Counted from the whole stretch's first letter, positions 37,753 through 51,624 are shown. The stretch is DNA of 63,393 bases, filler included, from Choristocarpus tenellus KU-1152 (GCA_964200185.2; 9 parts of 9 records of this genome joined end to end with filler, not necessarily neighbours in it), one strand, 5' to 3'. Notes: generated by a model from the letters alone, not told the origin. Numbers and translations: made by a program.

Positions 37753-40393
37753 GTACTGCACCAGCATAGATACAAGACTTGCCAAAGGTGCTACAAAACC
37801 TAACATGTCCCCCATCCCCTCCCTACCCTCCCCCTGTGTGACATTTTCTATATTTTCCAAGCCATTACAGCAGTGACGCTTGTCATGAGATATTTTGCCA
37901 TCACATTATTTATATGCTTCCAAAGCGGGACCCCACATTTTCGAGCTATCATGCTTAGACATGCAGTTAATTTCGTGTTGTATTGTACTTTCAAGTGTGT
38001 GATAGCATCATGCAGAGGGAAGAATTTTGTAATATCCTATTGAACTTCCCCTGCCTCTCTTCCCCGGAGTAGTGTTCTTGGCTGGGCGGATGGCATTCAG
38101 TGATCGTGTTAACCATTGAAGACTGCAATTACCCTGTTGTGGGGGAGTATGGACGGTGATTTGTATAATGCAAGATAGCGTTCCTCATTTCATTCCCTGG
38201 GACACATTGCATTTGTTTGTTCACCTAATGTAATATCAACTGCAGTTTACCTGGGACTTTGTCCTTTTATGGCAATATACAGTATGGACCTTGGTTGAAC
38301 CTGAAACCACAATGTGCAGGATGTTGTGGACTCTACTCTGTCCTGGACTCTGCCCTGTACTCTGAGTCACCTAGTGCAGTGCGGCATGTGTTGTATCCTG
38401 AACCATGTGCCACATTAAATACTTCCTACAACACTCATGTTTCAGACTGGCCTTACCAACAGTTGTACTATTAGTATACTCCCTGAGGAAAGGTATGGAT
38501 GATGCCTCATCTCAATACCATCTCCACCGCTTCTGTCTTCACCTCACACCACCTCACATAGTAGGAGTTGGACTGCATTTTCACCAGGACCCGAGTGCCT
38601 TGAAGTGGAAGGTTGGACTCCTGTATTGTATGCTGCACTTGATTTGTCTTCTGTCTTGTGCAACATGGATAGTGTGTTCACATGCACACATTCAAACAAA
38701 CACACACACACACACCACTCCATGATGTGGGTCGTACAGGGATCCCATGGTGCATACAGTGTGGTTGCTGGTGTAGCGCCAATTAGGGTCAAGGTTGCTG
38801 TATTCAACACCAAGTGTATGGAAGGCGTGTTAATAGGAAAAAGAAAAAAAATGAGACAGAAAAGCAACCCCCCTCCGGGACTGAATTGTCAATACATGCT
38901 AGGTTGGGTGTTTTTCCTGTCGTGTGTGCTCTCAAGACCGTTGCACACTTGTTACCCTTTAGTTTACACGTAACTCATATTATCAGGTTTGAATACACGG
39001 GACCTTTCCCTCCGCATCCCCCCCCCCCCCCCCCGCCCCCTACCAATATTATTTTACACTCACCCTCCTTCNNNNNNNNNNNNNNNNNNNNNNNNNNNNN
39101 NNNNNNNNNNNNNNNTTAATTAATTAANNNNNNNNNNNNNNNNNNNNNNNNNNNNNNNNNNNNNNNNNNNNGAAGAGTTGTTTGACCGGCACAGACCCCC
39201 CCGCACAGACCACCACCCCCCCCCCAGATACTTTGACCCGCTTTGTTTAGTACCTTGACCAGAAAGGCTCATGATATATGTGTACGATCGGGCATGCATG
39301 AGTGGAAGACCTCGAAGAAGTTCAAATCTTGGCGTTCTGAATGCCATAATGAGTTTAAAGGTTTGTGAATAATGCACTCACTTGGTTTGCTCATATCCCA
39401 GCGTACTGTGTGCCCCGATATAGGTAGGTATCAAAGACCACAAAAAGGCTTTCCTTTGGCTGACGAAGGGATTGTGATTGTCGGAGTGAAGTAAAACTCT
39501 TGACCAGTGTTCAGTCCTCATGCTCAACTTAAATGCACCCAAGAAGACCTCGGCATATGATTTTGTGGGGACTCTACTTGATACGCCAACTGTTTTGTGT
39601 GGTCCAAACTTGACGATCTCAATCCACACATTACATACTTGAAACTGTACAAAAATTGGCGATTCCAGTAGAATGTACTGTAGTGTTGTTGATCAAGTTG
39701 AACAGTTGATTTGAAGTAAGGTTTTTGCAGTCGTAAGTTTGAAACTCATTGCAATTATAGTGAGCGATACATCAGCAGTTGTACAAGCCTTAACAAGGAC
39801 CCACTCTCCACAGAGATAAAAGGTATAGCTTAAGACACTCCACGATGAGGACAGGCATGCCCTTCGATTCACACACCCCCCGTTAATATTGACGGACAAG
39901 ACTCGCCTCACAAAGGGGAGTAGTCGTACTATCAGAGAGTTGAACCACTGATATTGTCATGGCGAATTTATCCTTTTTGACACGACTATTAATACTGGCT
40001 GAGTTTCAAATCAAGGACTGGTCTAATGGAATGTTGATGACGATAGTAAGTACTATTATTTAGTTTCGTTTTCCCCGTCTTTTCGCGGTTTGATACACAA
40101 TTTAATGTTGAATTTGGTAAGACAAATGCTAAAATAAAATTGGGACCATCCTATCTTCGAGGGGGAGTTTTTTGGTTCCTTCTGAACATTTAGGGTTATC
40201 AATACTTCCTGAACTCGCGTCATTCTCACGCCTGGAATGCAGTGAACCCGATGTGACTGTAGAAGAGAAGACAAACATTTGTCCACACAAGATCGAGACT
40301 GCCCCTCAGAGCGCTAGAGGCAATCGTACCAGAGGAGTGTCACTGGGTGCAAATGCTCAACGACAGCTCTCTCTAGTATACGATCATGAGATA

Positions 40394-40581
40394 GGCTAAA
40401 AGTATCTGGGAGGGGGGGGGGGTGCGGCTGTCCATTTGGGGCCCATTCTCCATGTCACATTTTTTGGGTGATTTGATTGCATGTGTTGGATGTACAATGT
40501 AAGCGTACTTTTCCTAGTCAAGGTCCAAATGGACACCCTGGTGTAGACCCCCCCCCCCTCCCCCCCCAGATACTTTGAGCC
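40394..40581 (+). mobile_element. MITE family B copy (~188 bp)
   Basis: ggctaaaagtatctggg(G)n ... (C)ncagatactttgagcc; 3-bp TSD ATA. Confidence 0.9.
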
Positions 40582-42648
40582 ATAGGTCGGACCATAGAAT
40601 GAGGTAGAGGTATGAGGTAGGTCGCGGGGTGTGTTGGAGGGAAGGTCGGGAGTATAATTTGTTGTCGCAAGTAACGCATTATACATTTTCGAACGGAATT
40701 TTAATGACATATCAATTACAACAGTATTAGTAGTCTTTCTTAAACAACTAATGATTTGGGTTCGGTGATGTCCTTGATGATTATGGTTGCTCATTGACAC
40801 CAAGAAAGCGCAAAGTTGGAGGAAGAGCGAAGGAGATGGCGCAGGGAGAATTTCGTATTCTGTTGGCAGGCAGTACTGTGAGTATTGACCCTCTGGCTCG
40901 TGCGTATTTCCTTCCTTTAATTATCATGTGTTGAGACACCATATAGATTGAAGGGTTGTTCGGTATTTCCTACTCAGTAGCAGCAATGTCAACTATATGT
41001 TATGATGGGGTTGCGCACATGTCACTGCCAAAGTGTGTTCACAAGGTTTTGCATTTTGGACTTGTACTATGTGCTCTTTCCCTTTTTTCTGTGGTTTGAT
41101 TTGAGTTTGGAGGATGTCAGCTGTTTGATTTTGATGGGTCGTTACCCCACCCTATCACTTGTCGGTTTTGGTATAAGCAGTATATTTTCCTCTTCTGACT
41201 TGAAATTAGAGTTATGGGGTCAGAAGGGTTTCATGGAGGCGCAGGTTCCAAGGCCATTCTCTTGTTGGAGGGTGGAAATATGTGTGGTGTAATTGGAGGG
41301 TGAGGAGGGAAAGTCAGTACAGAGATAGAAGTGAGAACATTTGAGCTCGTAGTGGACGGCAATTCCAAGCCCCCCCTCTGACGATTACTGAAAACTGGTC
41401 AAAATATGGTCACGTTTGTGCACGGTTCATAAAATCTGTGACTCCTATTCATACTTCGAAATGCAGAGTGTTGTTATGGACATCCTATGTGTTTTTGGTT
41501 GAAAGATGCTGGCAATTTCGGAAGTTTCCTTACACTAGCTAGGATGTGTCGCGTTTTGTGTTACGTCAACTTTCAGAGACTGCCCATCATTTTTTTGTTT
41601 GTCTGGTGAAGCCTTTATATTTTTAGTTCGAGCTTTGATGGAGTGCAATTTATTTTTCCCCCTTTTGTCTTTGTTTTGATGGGTATTCTTGGTTGTTATG
41701 TGGAGTTACGGCTTTCGCATGCTTTAGTGATGAAGTCGAGCGTGGGGTCCCAGAAAATGAATCCTGGTCGTTTCACATTGGAGCAGTGTTGTGGTGTTGC
41801 CGCTCACCCTCTCCCTCTTCTTCTCTTTTGTTTTGGGTTCTGTTCTGAGGGTGAGAGGATAGCAATTGCTTGGGTGGATAAGTGTCACGTAATGTCAAAG
41901 GAAAATATCACATCTAAACTGTTACATATACAGATACTTCTCTTTGAAGTATGTGCTTTGCAGTCAACTTCGGGGCGATCTGCCGATTGAAGGACAGGTA
42001 GCGATTTGAGAGCATGGAAGCCTTGTTCTGGATTCTCTATGCTACTACTATTGATATTTTGGTGGGTCTCATGAGTCAGCTGTGTTCGAGGGGGGAGTGT
42101 GTCATGTGGCTAAAATTGAAGGCTGGAAGATGTTCAACCACTCAGGTGTTCAACCAGAACCTACGAAATACGAACCTATTTCATGCGTGTTCATGGTTTG
42201 GGGTTTGGGGTTTTTGTTTTATGTAAGTTTTAATGGATACACAGCACAAAAAACTATTAATAGTTTATTTTTTGTACTTTTAAAAATATAGTAGTATTAT
42301 ATATATGAGTAAAAATATTTTAAGATGCTTGGTGAGATATTCCAAATTGGAAAACAAGAAAATATGGAGAGAAGGTAGGATATCACAATAAAAGGTCTAA
42401 TAATGACATGTATATATATAGTTTTGATTGGTTTCCCCCCTGACACATCTGCAAAATGTCAGAGGGCATAATAATAAAATATCACAATAAACATCGACAT
42501 GAAGAACAAAGTCGACGAAAACAATACAACAATATATTATAAGTACGTACTCCACTCTGGAGTAGTATGTAGTAGTTTAACCAAGTCGCTCTAGCCACAG
42601 GTTGAGCTACAAAGAATGACTAAACTTAAGACAAAAAAAATATTATCA

Positions 42649-42699
42649 ACGTCATACTTCGGTGACGTCACGAGAGCTGGAGACATTTTAGTTTGACGC
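42649..42699 (+). promoter_or_regulatory. Cluster of TGACG(T) bZIP-type motifs ~180-230 bp upstream of the Lhcr start
   Basis: acgtca (42649-42654), palindromic tgacgtca (42663-42670), tgacgc (42694-42699). Confidence 0.4.
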
Positions 42700-42879
42700 A
42701 AAAGATCACATTGCTGCGAAAAGTTATTACATGCTCATCTGTACGATATAGTATGTTTAACTCTTCAATTTAGGTGTCATCAACATGAGCTGAAAGAGCG
42801 TTTGTGTGCTCTCCCAATCCCCTTACACCAATACACCTGTTGCCCATTTTCTCAGCTGTAATTCCTGTTTTACTGCACG

Positions 42880-43941
42880 ATGAAGTCAACCTGCGCCGCT
42901 GTTATGGCCACCCTAGGGTGTGCTAACGCTTTCATGGCTCCCGCTGCCCTCCGGAGCAATGGAGTCGTGCGGTCGGGTGCTACGACCCAGATGGCTGCTG
43001 AGATGTCCAAGTCCCTTCCTTTCCTTCCCAAGCCTGCTGCGGTGAGTGCGTTAATCCGGGGTACAATAAATATGTATGGAATGTCGTAAATAGTGTGGAA
43101 GGTGATACGTCAGAATCAGCCTTGTGCCTCCTGGGTAGGGTTTGCACACTATTTTAGAACGAAAGCTCAGGGATAATAAAAGGAGATTCAGGACAACAGT
43201 TGAGGTGGTAAGGGCCGAGTCCATGTAATAGATGGAGAGAATCCCGTGATTGAAATGTGTCATGTGCTGCCTAGTACTAAATCCAACCTACTGCACTCTT
43301 TCCTGATTGCCATCACCCTCTTTTCTGTTAGCTCGATGGCACCATGGCAGGCGACGTGGGCTTCGACCCCCTTGGCCTCTCATCCGCACAAGGCGTGGGT
43401 GTGGACCTCTACTGGCTCCGTGAGGCAGAACTGAAGCACGGCCGAGTTGCTATGCTGGCGGTCACTGGTGTGCTCTGGTGTGACGCTTTCGGGTCGCTTC
43501 CCGGCTTCCCATCTGGAGAAGGCCAGATGGACCTCTTCTGGCAGGTGTTCGCGGAGAAGCCGACCGCCATCGGTGCCGGGCTCGTGTTCATCATGTTCGT
43601 TGAACGTAAGGTCATGTCTGTGCTCGTCTGTCTTCCTACCCCATGTTACTTGCGCTTCTCCTCAAGACATGCACCCCTCTTACCCAACAACTTCCGCTTT
43701 CTACACTCTAGTAATCTCTGGCGTGGCGACTACGGCGGGCAGAGAGTCTGGTGACCGTGCCCCAGGAGACTTCGGTATCGACCCCCTTAACCTTGCCGAC
43801 AAGCCGGCTAAGTTGGCAAAATACCAGCTTCAGGAAATCAAGCACGGGCGCCTGGCGATGTGGGCGGCGGCAGGTCAGATTGTCCAGGGGCTGACCACAC
43901 ACACTTCTGCTGTCGACAACCTTTCGGTGAGCTACTATTGA
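42880..43941 (+). CDS. Lhcr: Light-harvesting chlorophyll a/c(-fucoxanthin) binding protein, Lhcr type; complete, exons 42880-43041, 43332-43605, 43712-43941
   Basis: [21 protein letters not shown] presequence; [12 protein letters not shown]|[17 protein letters not shown]; [16 protein letters not shown]; PGDFGIDPL; [15 protein letters not shown]. Splice phases 0 and 1 are consistent; stop at 43939-43941. Confidence 0.96.
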
Positions 43942-46900
43942 TATGTGGTTATTCTACCACTTTCAGTAGCAATGGGTTAACTTCCTCTTGAGAAGATGGA
44001 TGAATGCACCCAAGCAAGGTAGAATGTCTATGCCACGCTTTTAAAGTGCGGCATCTTAACTGGAAGTTACATAACTTACCACAAGTCTTCACAGGTCGCA
44101 AATGTCCGTACTGCAGTTCCACAGTATTACAAGATGTTTTGTAGGGTGATCTCTCCAAATTGTCTTGAAATAAAGTTCCTCCGGTCAGGCTTCATGCCTT
44201 TCTTTACCCTTGTGTACGAAAAGTTGAAGGTTGTAGCAGTTTGGGTTCTTGATTTGGTTCACAACAAGCTACATATCTCTTGCAATTTTTTAAGCCTTCT
44301 AATGACAAGGCAAAGTGGCCATGATTTGATAACATGACCAATCGAGCTTCCTACTAGACTGTCTTACGAGGGAGATCCTATATTTTCCACTGTGCAGCTC
44401 AGTTGGGATCACTACATGAAACAACTGTTCTCACACACGTTTTTAACCCTCATGTGCACTTGCCCGAATTGTCCTGCTGTACGCTCATTTCAGGCATTTA
44501 GCTCCTAAGCATATTTCAGCTATGATCCGTAACGCCTCAGGGACATTTTTTGGTCATCTGAAGTTACTCCCAGTACAGGCGTTTCCTATTTTATTAGGAT
44601 AGATGGTCTGGTATCCCTACTTCAGCAGTTGTGATGTAGAGTGTGTAGGTGGGGTACTGGGATAATGCAGACACAGTTCTCTCGATAAATTGTGCTTGGA
44701 GGTCTTGCCAATAGGATTAATTGTAAAGCAAGCACTGCAGCTGCTTGTTGGTATCATTCATAGATCATCCCTATCACGGCCTCCCATTGAATCCTTTGTC
44801 ACTGCTTTTGCCCACATTTGCCTCATTGGCCGTTCCTCGGAGGCTTGTGGCAGTGTTATATAGATTGGTTAGAGCACTTGTGGTTTGTAGAGGGTTTTGT
44901 TTTCATTGGGGAGGTAATGTTCTGATAATGTTCTGATGGATAGGAGCTTCTTGTAGGCTTGACCTTTTCTTCTGGTCATGTAGAAGTCTCAACCCTCTAA
45001 AGGGAAGGCCACAGGACTGGTAGCTAAACTGGGGTCTGTATCATCCTAGAACAAACACATGCACAATGTGTAAACAGAGCAAACTGTTTCACTCAAGTTA
45101 CTGTAGGATGGACTAATTTGACCTTTTGAGGGTTTTTCCGTGGACTGAAAACTTGTCCCTGCCCAACGGTTGTTCCTGTGAAGATGCTCTATCTTGTTAG
45201 TTTTGCGTCAATGGACAAGGAGTCCTGCATTGGGGGGAATTAAAGACATGAATGAATGTAAATTTGAAAAATTGAAAACAAGTTGAGTGCCACCTTAATT
45301 TACGAGGGATGTGATTTTCTGCTCCATTGCATATCAACATCCCAGGGTTACCTGATTTCACCTGCATGAGGTAGGGAGATTTGTGATCCTGAGGAAACTC
45401 AAATCAGTGATTTGCGACCAGTGTATGGATGGAGCCCACTCATCATAATGTGTCACTGTTACAAAGCTGGCCTTACGTCATTTTGTATCTATTTCTGTCA
45501 GAATGATAGGTTCTACCACATCCACAAAACAGTGAAAAAATGGTTGATTCAGGATGTAAAACAATGTGCTTGTTCACCAATTTGATTGAGCTAGGTGTAT
45601 TTCTTCATTTATTTCCACATTATCAAAATATGTACCAGGTTGGTGTGCTGTTTTGCATTTCGATAGTACGAACAGCATGCATAATCCAACAGAATGAGGT
45701 GTAAAAATATGAAGTTGCACATATCTTGGAAGGTAAACTTTGGAATAAAGAACAAAAAAATTGACTGCTTGTACTCACCCTTCATAGGATTTACTCCACT
45801 TGGATAAAAATAAGTATTGTGAACAGTAGTATCCGTTGAGGTGCTTTGTTTATCTTTATTTCCGGCATACGTTACAAATTTGAATGAATCATACTTTTCA
45901 GTATCACTAAAGCACTACCAATGCAAGGCAGAATTACCGTTTTCAAGATGGATTGTGTGTGGAGATCAGTTGAGATGGGACCTGCAGCATGCGTTTTATG
46001 ATACACCCCACCAACAGGAAGACAGAAGACAAGATAAAGGTTGCATTATGTAGTCTGGTCTAGATCCTATGTTGTTGTCCAATCCATGACTTGCCGTCTG
46101 TGCCAAAACCTCGCAAACCCATACGATTATCAAGAGTCTATGATACTTGGGAGTAGTAAACACCCTCTCGTAAGACTAGAACTTCATTCATGTCAGTATG
46201 GGTGAATTGGAAAAAGATTCGAAAACAGACTTACAATCCAAAAACGGGCAAAACTTGGGTACCTCTTGTTTACATTGATTGGCTCTTTCTCAAGACTTAG
46301 GAAATATAGATTGAAGGGTTGTTTGAGGATGTTGAAAACCTTGAGACGAAAACCAGCTCGTGTAAATTAGTCACCCTGGCTGGGCGGGGCGTGAACTCCA
46401 AACATCAATAGCCGATCTGACTTGTTCATAAATCTGTGTTGCAACCTCTGTGCACTCTGTCCGCTTGTTCAATGGAGAGCCTTCCGTGCTTCCTTTTCTG
46501 CTGTGTATGGCAAGTCTATTTCTACATGGCAATGAGTTTCGAAAGGTTGTCGTGTAATGCTTGAGCCTCAATTTACATAAATTGCCACACTAATCAACCT
46601 AATATCAATTATGCAAGGGTGATGAGCACAGAGAGAGCACGTCCTGGATTCAGAACAAAGCAACAACCACAGAATTTGCTGGGGTTGTCCAAGCGGAATC
46701 CTTACCAAATACCAGTCCGCTCCACACTTCATCTTCATACTCTGGCTTGGTCTTTATTCCAGCACCCATGAGGACTTGTCCGAGCTGATATTTGGAGGAC
46801 ACCAAGGAGGGAATGTCAGATGCCGGACTACACAGGTAAGGTGTGGAGGGCAACGAGGTGACACCAGAACTATTAATGTTCTGAGGGAGGCACAATCCCT

Positions 46901-48312
46901 CCTTCATGTGATGCTCTCACACTAAGGCCTGAGGAGTTGGACTATAAACAAATATTAAGTCAGTCTTGATACGTGCCTGAAAGACTTCAAGGGTAGAGAT
47001 AAGCAATTTGATACTCGGAACTGTAGGGGTACTATTTTTCCTTACCCCTTCCACTCGGTAACGTAGTAGTTATTTGGACGTGTGCAATGAATATACACGC
47101 GCGCGAGCGCGTGCGTGAATGCATGTGTTCAACACACTTGTTGCAGGAATCGTTATTGTCCCCCCCCATCCAATAGCACTTGAGGCTCGAAGCACGGAAA
47201 ATGTACTTATCTTGGTGGTGGAGCTGAAACATTCTGAAAGAAGAGGTATGAGTGAGTCTAAAACAGTAATTCAAAGTACTACATACACTGTATACCTTCA
47301 CTGTAGATTTAGGCATGTGTCAGTGTCATAATAAACAACTCGCTCTGGAGCACCACAGTTGAGTGATAACAGAGGGATAATCCTCACGCAGGTAAATCTT
47401 TACTTGCCTCTGGCATTGGTTACCTGTTTGCAGTACAGTAGTATTATATGAAAACAAACGAACGCTTGTACAAAGACCAAATGATGTTCTCGAACGCATG
47501 TAGGCTACATTCGTCGTGGTGATCCGTGGGACTGTCTTGCCTTACCAAGGAAAAATATGGAGCAAGTTGCAAGCAATGCAAGCGCGGTGACCGCTATCAC
47601 AACCTGTTTTCTTTTCCGGTCTCAGTTCTCTTCTTCTTCTTCTGTTGCTCCCGCAGCTCAACTCATGCCTTTCTTTTCACAAGCGGATATCTAAAATGTC
47701 CACTTGCCTCATCCTGGACTATCCCACCAAAGATTTCCGCGAAACTACGCAAGTTGCGATAGCTTGCACTGCGAATCGACTAGTAAAGCTGCGAAAAGAT
47801 CGTGCTTAAGAGGTTGGAAGGAAGATAACTCTGCGCAAGCACAGAAATCACTCACTTACTCCCATCCTCAGCATGGATGGGGACTGTAGGAACCATTTGA
47901 GATGGGAGGTCCAATTGCTGACACCTCACTGCAGGGGAATATGACCGAGGCTGCCATGTCGGGTAGAAAATCTACACTCTTCCCCTTTCTAGCGTGACTT
48001 CTGTTCAAGAGTCTTTCGTAGAAACATGTGACAATTATTTCGAAACAATACCCAAGCATTTTTTTTTTCAGCACGTCAAGCGTTTCAGAAACTGGTCGAG
48101 CAGGGTATCCAGAACATCATCAAAAGCTCGAAACCTGCAGCAGTAGATAAAACCAAGCAGACCCACCCCTCTTCTAGTCTTTGACAAGAGCAGCAGTATT
48201 GTGTGCCACACTACTAAGTGCAAAGAGGAAATAACAACGCCATCAGAGGTGGTGTGTTGATTTGGAGAACAGATTATTTCATCCCACTAGGTTTGAAGTA
48301 CACGTTGCTATC

Positions 48313-49201
48313 ATGGCTGACGAAGAGGTGGAGTACAGAGCCGAGTACCTCGACACTCCAGAGGATGCAGAACCGGAGGTGAACTCAATCAGAAAGAAAG
48401 GACAATATGATATGGACTATCAAAGATGGGTGGAGAAATAATAAAGAGATACCAAACGATGCTGTTTCTCCACGAGGGCGACTACTCCTTTGGTCTTTAA
48501 CTTGTCGATGACCTCGTTCATTGTATTTCTTCCATACTTGCCAGGTGACCAATTGGCTGCCTCGCCCGGGAAAGGCTAAAGTCACCTATGGAGGGGGCTC
48601 TACATTTGAAGGTGTCTTCAATGGGGAGAGGATAAAGGAGGGGATGGGCACGTACACTTGGATGCAAGTATCCGAGGACGACGATAGTGAAGAGCCGCAG
48701 GTAAGTGTGTGAATAACCGGATCGGAAGGTTGATGCGTTGATCATATCGACGAACGTTTCTTTACCTTTTCGTGAAGGGCGACTATTTCTCGTTATTCAA
48801 GTCCCAAACTAGTGTTCAACGTGACTTCAACAGTGTCGAATTCAGCGCCCCTGATTTCCTGATTTTGATCGGTGTCACTCTCATGACGACCTGTTGAGTG
48901 TAGCTTGGATCGTGTTTTTTGTGCTGCAAAATAAAAAGTGCTGGTGAGGGCTGATACGATCGGGCCTACCCAACTCATTGAAGTCACGGGCGATATACAC
49001 ACAACCTGAAGAGATTGATGTAGAATTTACACTCCTAGGCAACTTTCCGTCTCAACTGGTCAGGTTCGTGCTACCTATGAAGGGAACTACAGGGATGGCA
49101 AGAGGTCAGGTATGGGCAAGATGACGTACCCGAATGGCGATGTTTATACAGGGGAATGGGAAAACAACTTCATGGAAGGCGAGGGGACATACGTATACAA
49201 G
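48313..49201 (+). CDS. MORN-repeat protein (radial-spoke-head-1-like), 5' part; exons 48313-48378, 48545-48700, 49064-49201
   Basis: MADEEVEYRAEYL...|...KAKVTYGGGSTFEGVFNGERIKEGMGTYTW...|VRATYEGNYRDGKRSGMGKMTYPNGDVYTGEWENNFMEGEGTYVYK matches the YxGxW/FxxGxxxGxG MORN consensus; phase-0 GT-AG introns. Confidence 0.9.
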
Positions 49202-50472
49202 GTTAGAAAATACCATATATTTTCACATCCTTAACCCTAACCCCAACAACCTTAAGGGAAATATCAAGAGTGAGGGGCCAGGAAAGGTTGTAGGATGAAC
49301 ACACTCTATCACTTCAACATGATACATAGACTATTCTATTGGTGCAGATGTTCCATTTCACCGTTTTACCTACCTACCCCTTAATCTTATGATTCAATAT
49401 ATCAATTTGGACGAATCTCACTATTAATTGGGTCTCACAGTAGTGGGGAATTGTCGCAGAGTGTGTCCCGCCCTCACCCCACATGTACACCCCATATAAA
49501 CAAATTGCAAAAGTCTCATTTTGCTACAGAGTTCAATCAAGCACTACTGATTGCCTTGGGAGTGGTGAAAGTCGCTACATATCTGTGTAGCTGCAATGCC
49601 GTTCCTTTGTCATTGCCCTTAGGTGCAGCCTATTTTGCTGTTTTGCACTTTGTTTGGAAGCTAACTCTGTATGGACCAACAGTGAGAATACACACTACTT
49701 CTTAATGCAATCAACTGTAATAAATATATATACATTTTCCCTTCATATGCAGATGTGCATTCACTATATGCAGGCAACTCAATTGATTATATCCGTGGCA
49801 CCCTAGATCCTCCGCAGTACCAGCATAACACTCTACACCTCCTTGGAGCTGCTAGAGCATACAACCAACATCTAGTTTAGCCCCCGTCCTATAATCCTCG
49901 CTGAAATTCAGCTTCATGTTGATATCAGTTAGTTACTCGCAAAAGTGTTAGTGATTCCTCATGTTGTTGTAAATATTAGTAGTACACATCAATTTTGGTG
50001 TTGAGTGAAGTAGAGGGTCTGACATCCCAAACAATAACATGAATAGGTGGGGTATCAACATCGATACCTTTCCTTCCTCATTCACAACATGTGCATGAGT
50101 TACTGCAAGACCTGTAGTATCCTAGAGGGAGGGTCAGGCATCCACTCGAAGCATTTGTGACCCTGCAGTGATTTTCTTGTTAGTTGAGTGAACATGTCAG
50201 GTGCGAGGACGTTTTTCTTCAACTGAACACACCATTCTTTTCCACCTTCCTGCCTGGACCAAACCTGAAGGAAATTCACCCACAAAACGAGCATCAATCA
50301 CACTGGGGTGTCTTTTTCTAACCCTAACCCTAACCCTAACCCCGAATGGAGGACATCTCATAAACACTTCCCCCTCTAGGACACTACGGGTCTGAGTCTC
50401 TTGAAAGTGTTTAAAAATTACTGCACTAAATTGGCAACCGACATGCAATAAGGGGGTGAAATGTGTTATTCA

Positions 50473-50645
50473 GGCCCGAAGCATCTGGGGGGAGGGTAGC
50501 AGCTGTCCATTTGGGGGTCAATTTTTTCATGTCGCGATTTTTGTGTGATCTGGTTGCATACGTCGGATGGATACTGTAAATGCACTTTTCCTGATTTTGG
50601 CCCAAATGGACACCCTGGTGTAGACACTCCCCCCCCCCCGGGATC
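50473..50645 (+). mobile_element. MITE family B copy with degenerate right end
   Basis: ggcccgaagcatctgggggg...gctgtccatttggggg...ccaaatggacaccctggtgtagac. Confidence 0.8.
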
Positions 50646-50978
50646 AGGTGTTTGAGGGTGAGGTTAATTATGCTTTGGCCAAAGGATCGGCTCAGTCTGT
50701 AACCGTTCGTTCCAAGAGGCTATGTGATATAGTGTGCAGGCGCGTACTCGCAATCCACCATTCACCGTTCTCAACTGTAGGNNNNNNNNNNNNNNNNNNN
50801 NNNNNNNNNNNNNNNNNNNNNNNNNTTAATTAATTAANNNNNNNNNNNNNNNNNNNNNNNNNNNNNNNNNNNNNNNNNNNNCCCCGCTCCCAAACTCCAT
50901 CCATCCTCTTCATTGTTCCTTTGTGACACTCTGACGCTCTCTTCCCACCCACCATTATGTCCCAAATATCATGTCCAG

Positions 50979-51272
50979 GACAACAACACTATCTACTATA
51001 TGCTGGTACCATCACTGGACATGGTTGATGAGCCTCTTCCAGACCCAGTGATCATGATGAAGCCCCTCCCTGTGCCTCCAGGCCCAGAGATTCCGAAACT
51101 GCTCGTATTTGGAGGTCAGGGGGCAAGGGGGGGGAGTGACGAGGATTCGAAGGCGTCTGCTGCGCCTGTTGCAGGCGCAGAGGGCGAGAAGGCAGGCGAT
51201 GGGGATGGAGGGGTAAGGGATCGAACTGATGAGGAGCTGGCGAGGGAGTTGAACAAGATGTTAAACGGGTAG
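50979..51272 (+). CDS. Terminal exon of a probable BRO1-domain protein with a Pro-rich linker and a C-terminal ubiquitin-binding-like helix
   Basis: Acceptor gtccag|DNNTIYYMLVP resembles the BRO1 end motif DNxxIYxxxVP; ends DEELARELNKMLNG* (MIU/UIM-like). Confidence 0.6.
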   Translation, partial: DNNTIYYMLVPSLDMVDEPLPDPVIMMKPLPVPPGPEIPKLLVFGGQGARGGSDEDSKASAAPVAGAEGEKAGDGDGGVRDRTDEELARELNKMLNG

Positions 51273-51580
51273 AGCATGACACCACAATTTCTTGATGGGG
51301 GGAGTGTGGGGAGGTGTGAAGTCCTTGTGTAATGGTCGGCAGTACGATCGGTCAGTAGCTTTGTGCGCAGGGTGTTTAATGTGAGATTCAGTGTGTTGCA
51401 GTCAATCCAGATTGACTTATTACTTTTTGTAGGCTGCTCTAGCTCAAGTTGTTCAACGGATGTTTCAGCAAGTTGTGGTGACAGACAGCATGGAGTGAAA
51501 ATGTGGTAGGGCTCGGTTCCGTAGCTGCGACCGAGTTTTTTTTGGTAGTGCTATGGTGAATGGGTGTGAGTCAAGACTCC

Positions 51581-51581
<1 letters not shown>

Positions 51582-51622
<41 letters not shown>
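51582..51622. repeat. (GA)n microsatellite
   Basis: About 20 GA units visible. Confidence 0.95.

Positions 51623-51624
<2 letters not shown>

Noticed and set aside
36539-43941. CRTISO-like gene plus Lhcr as a pigment gene cluster
   Set aside because: They are separated by an artificial spacer at 39072-39171, and the remaining CRTISO exons were not found after it, so physical linkage is unsupported.
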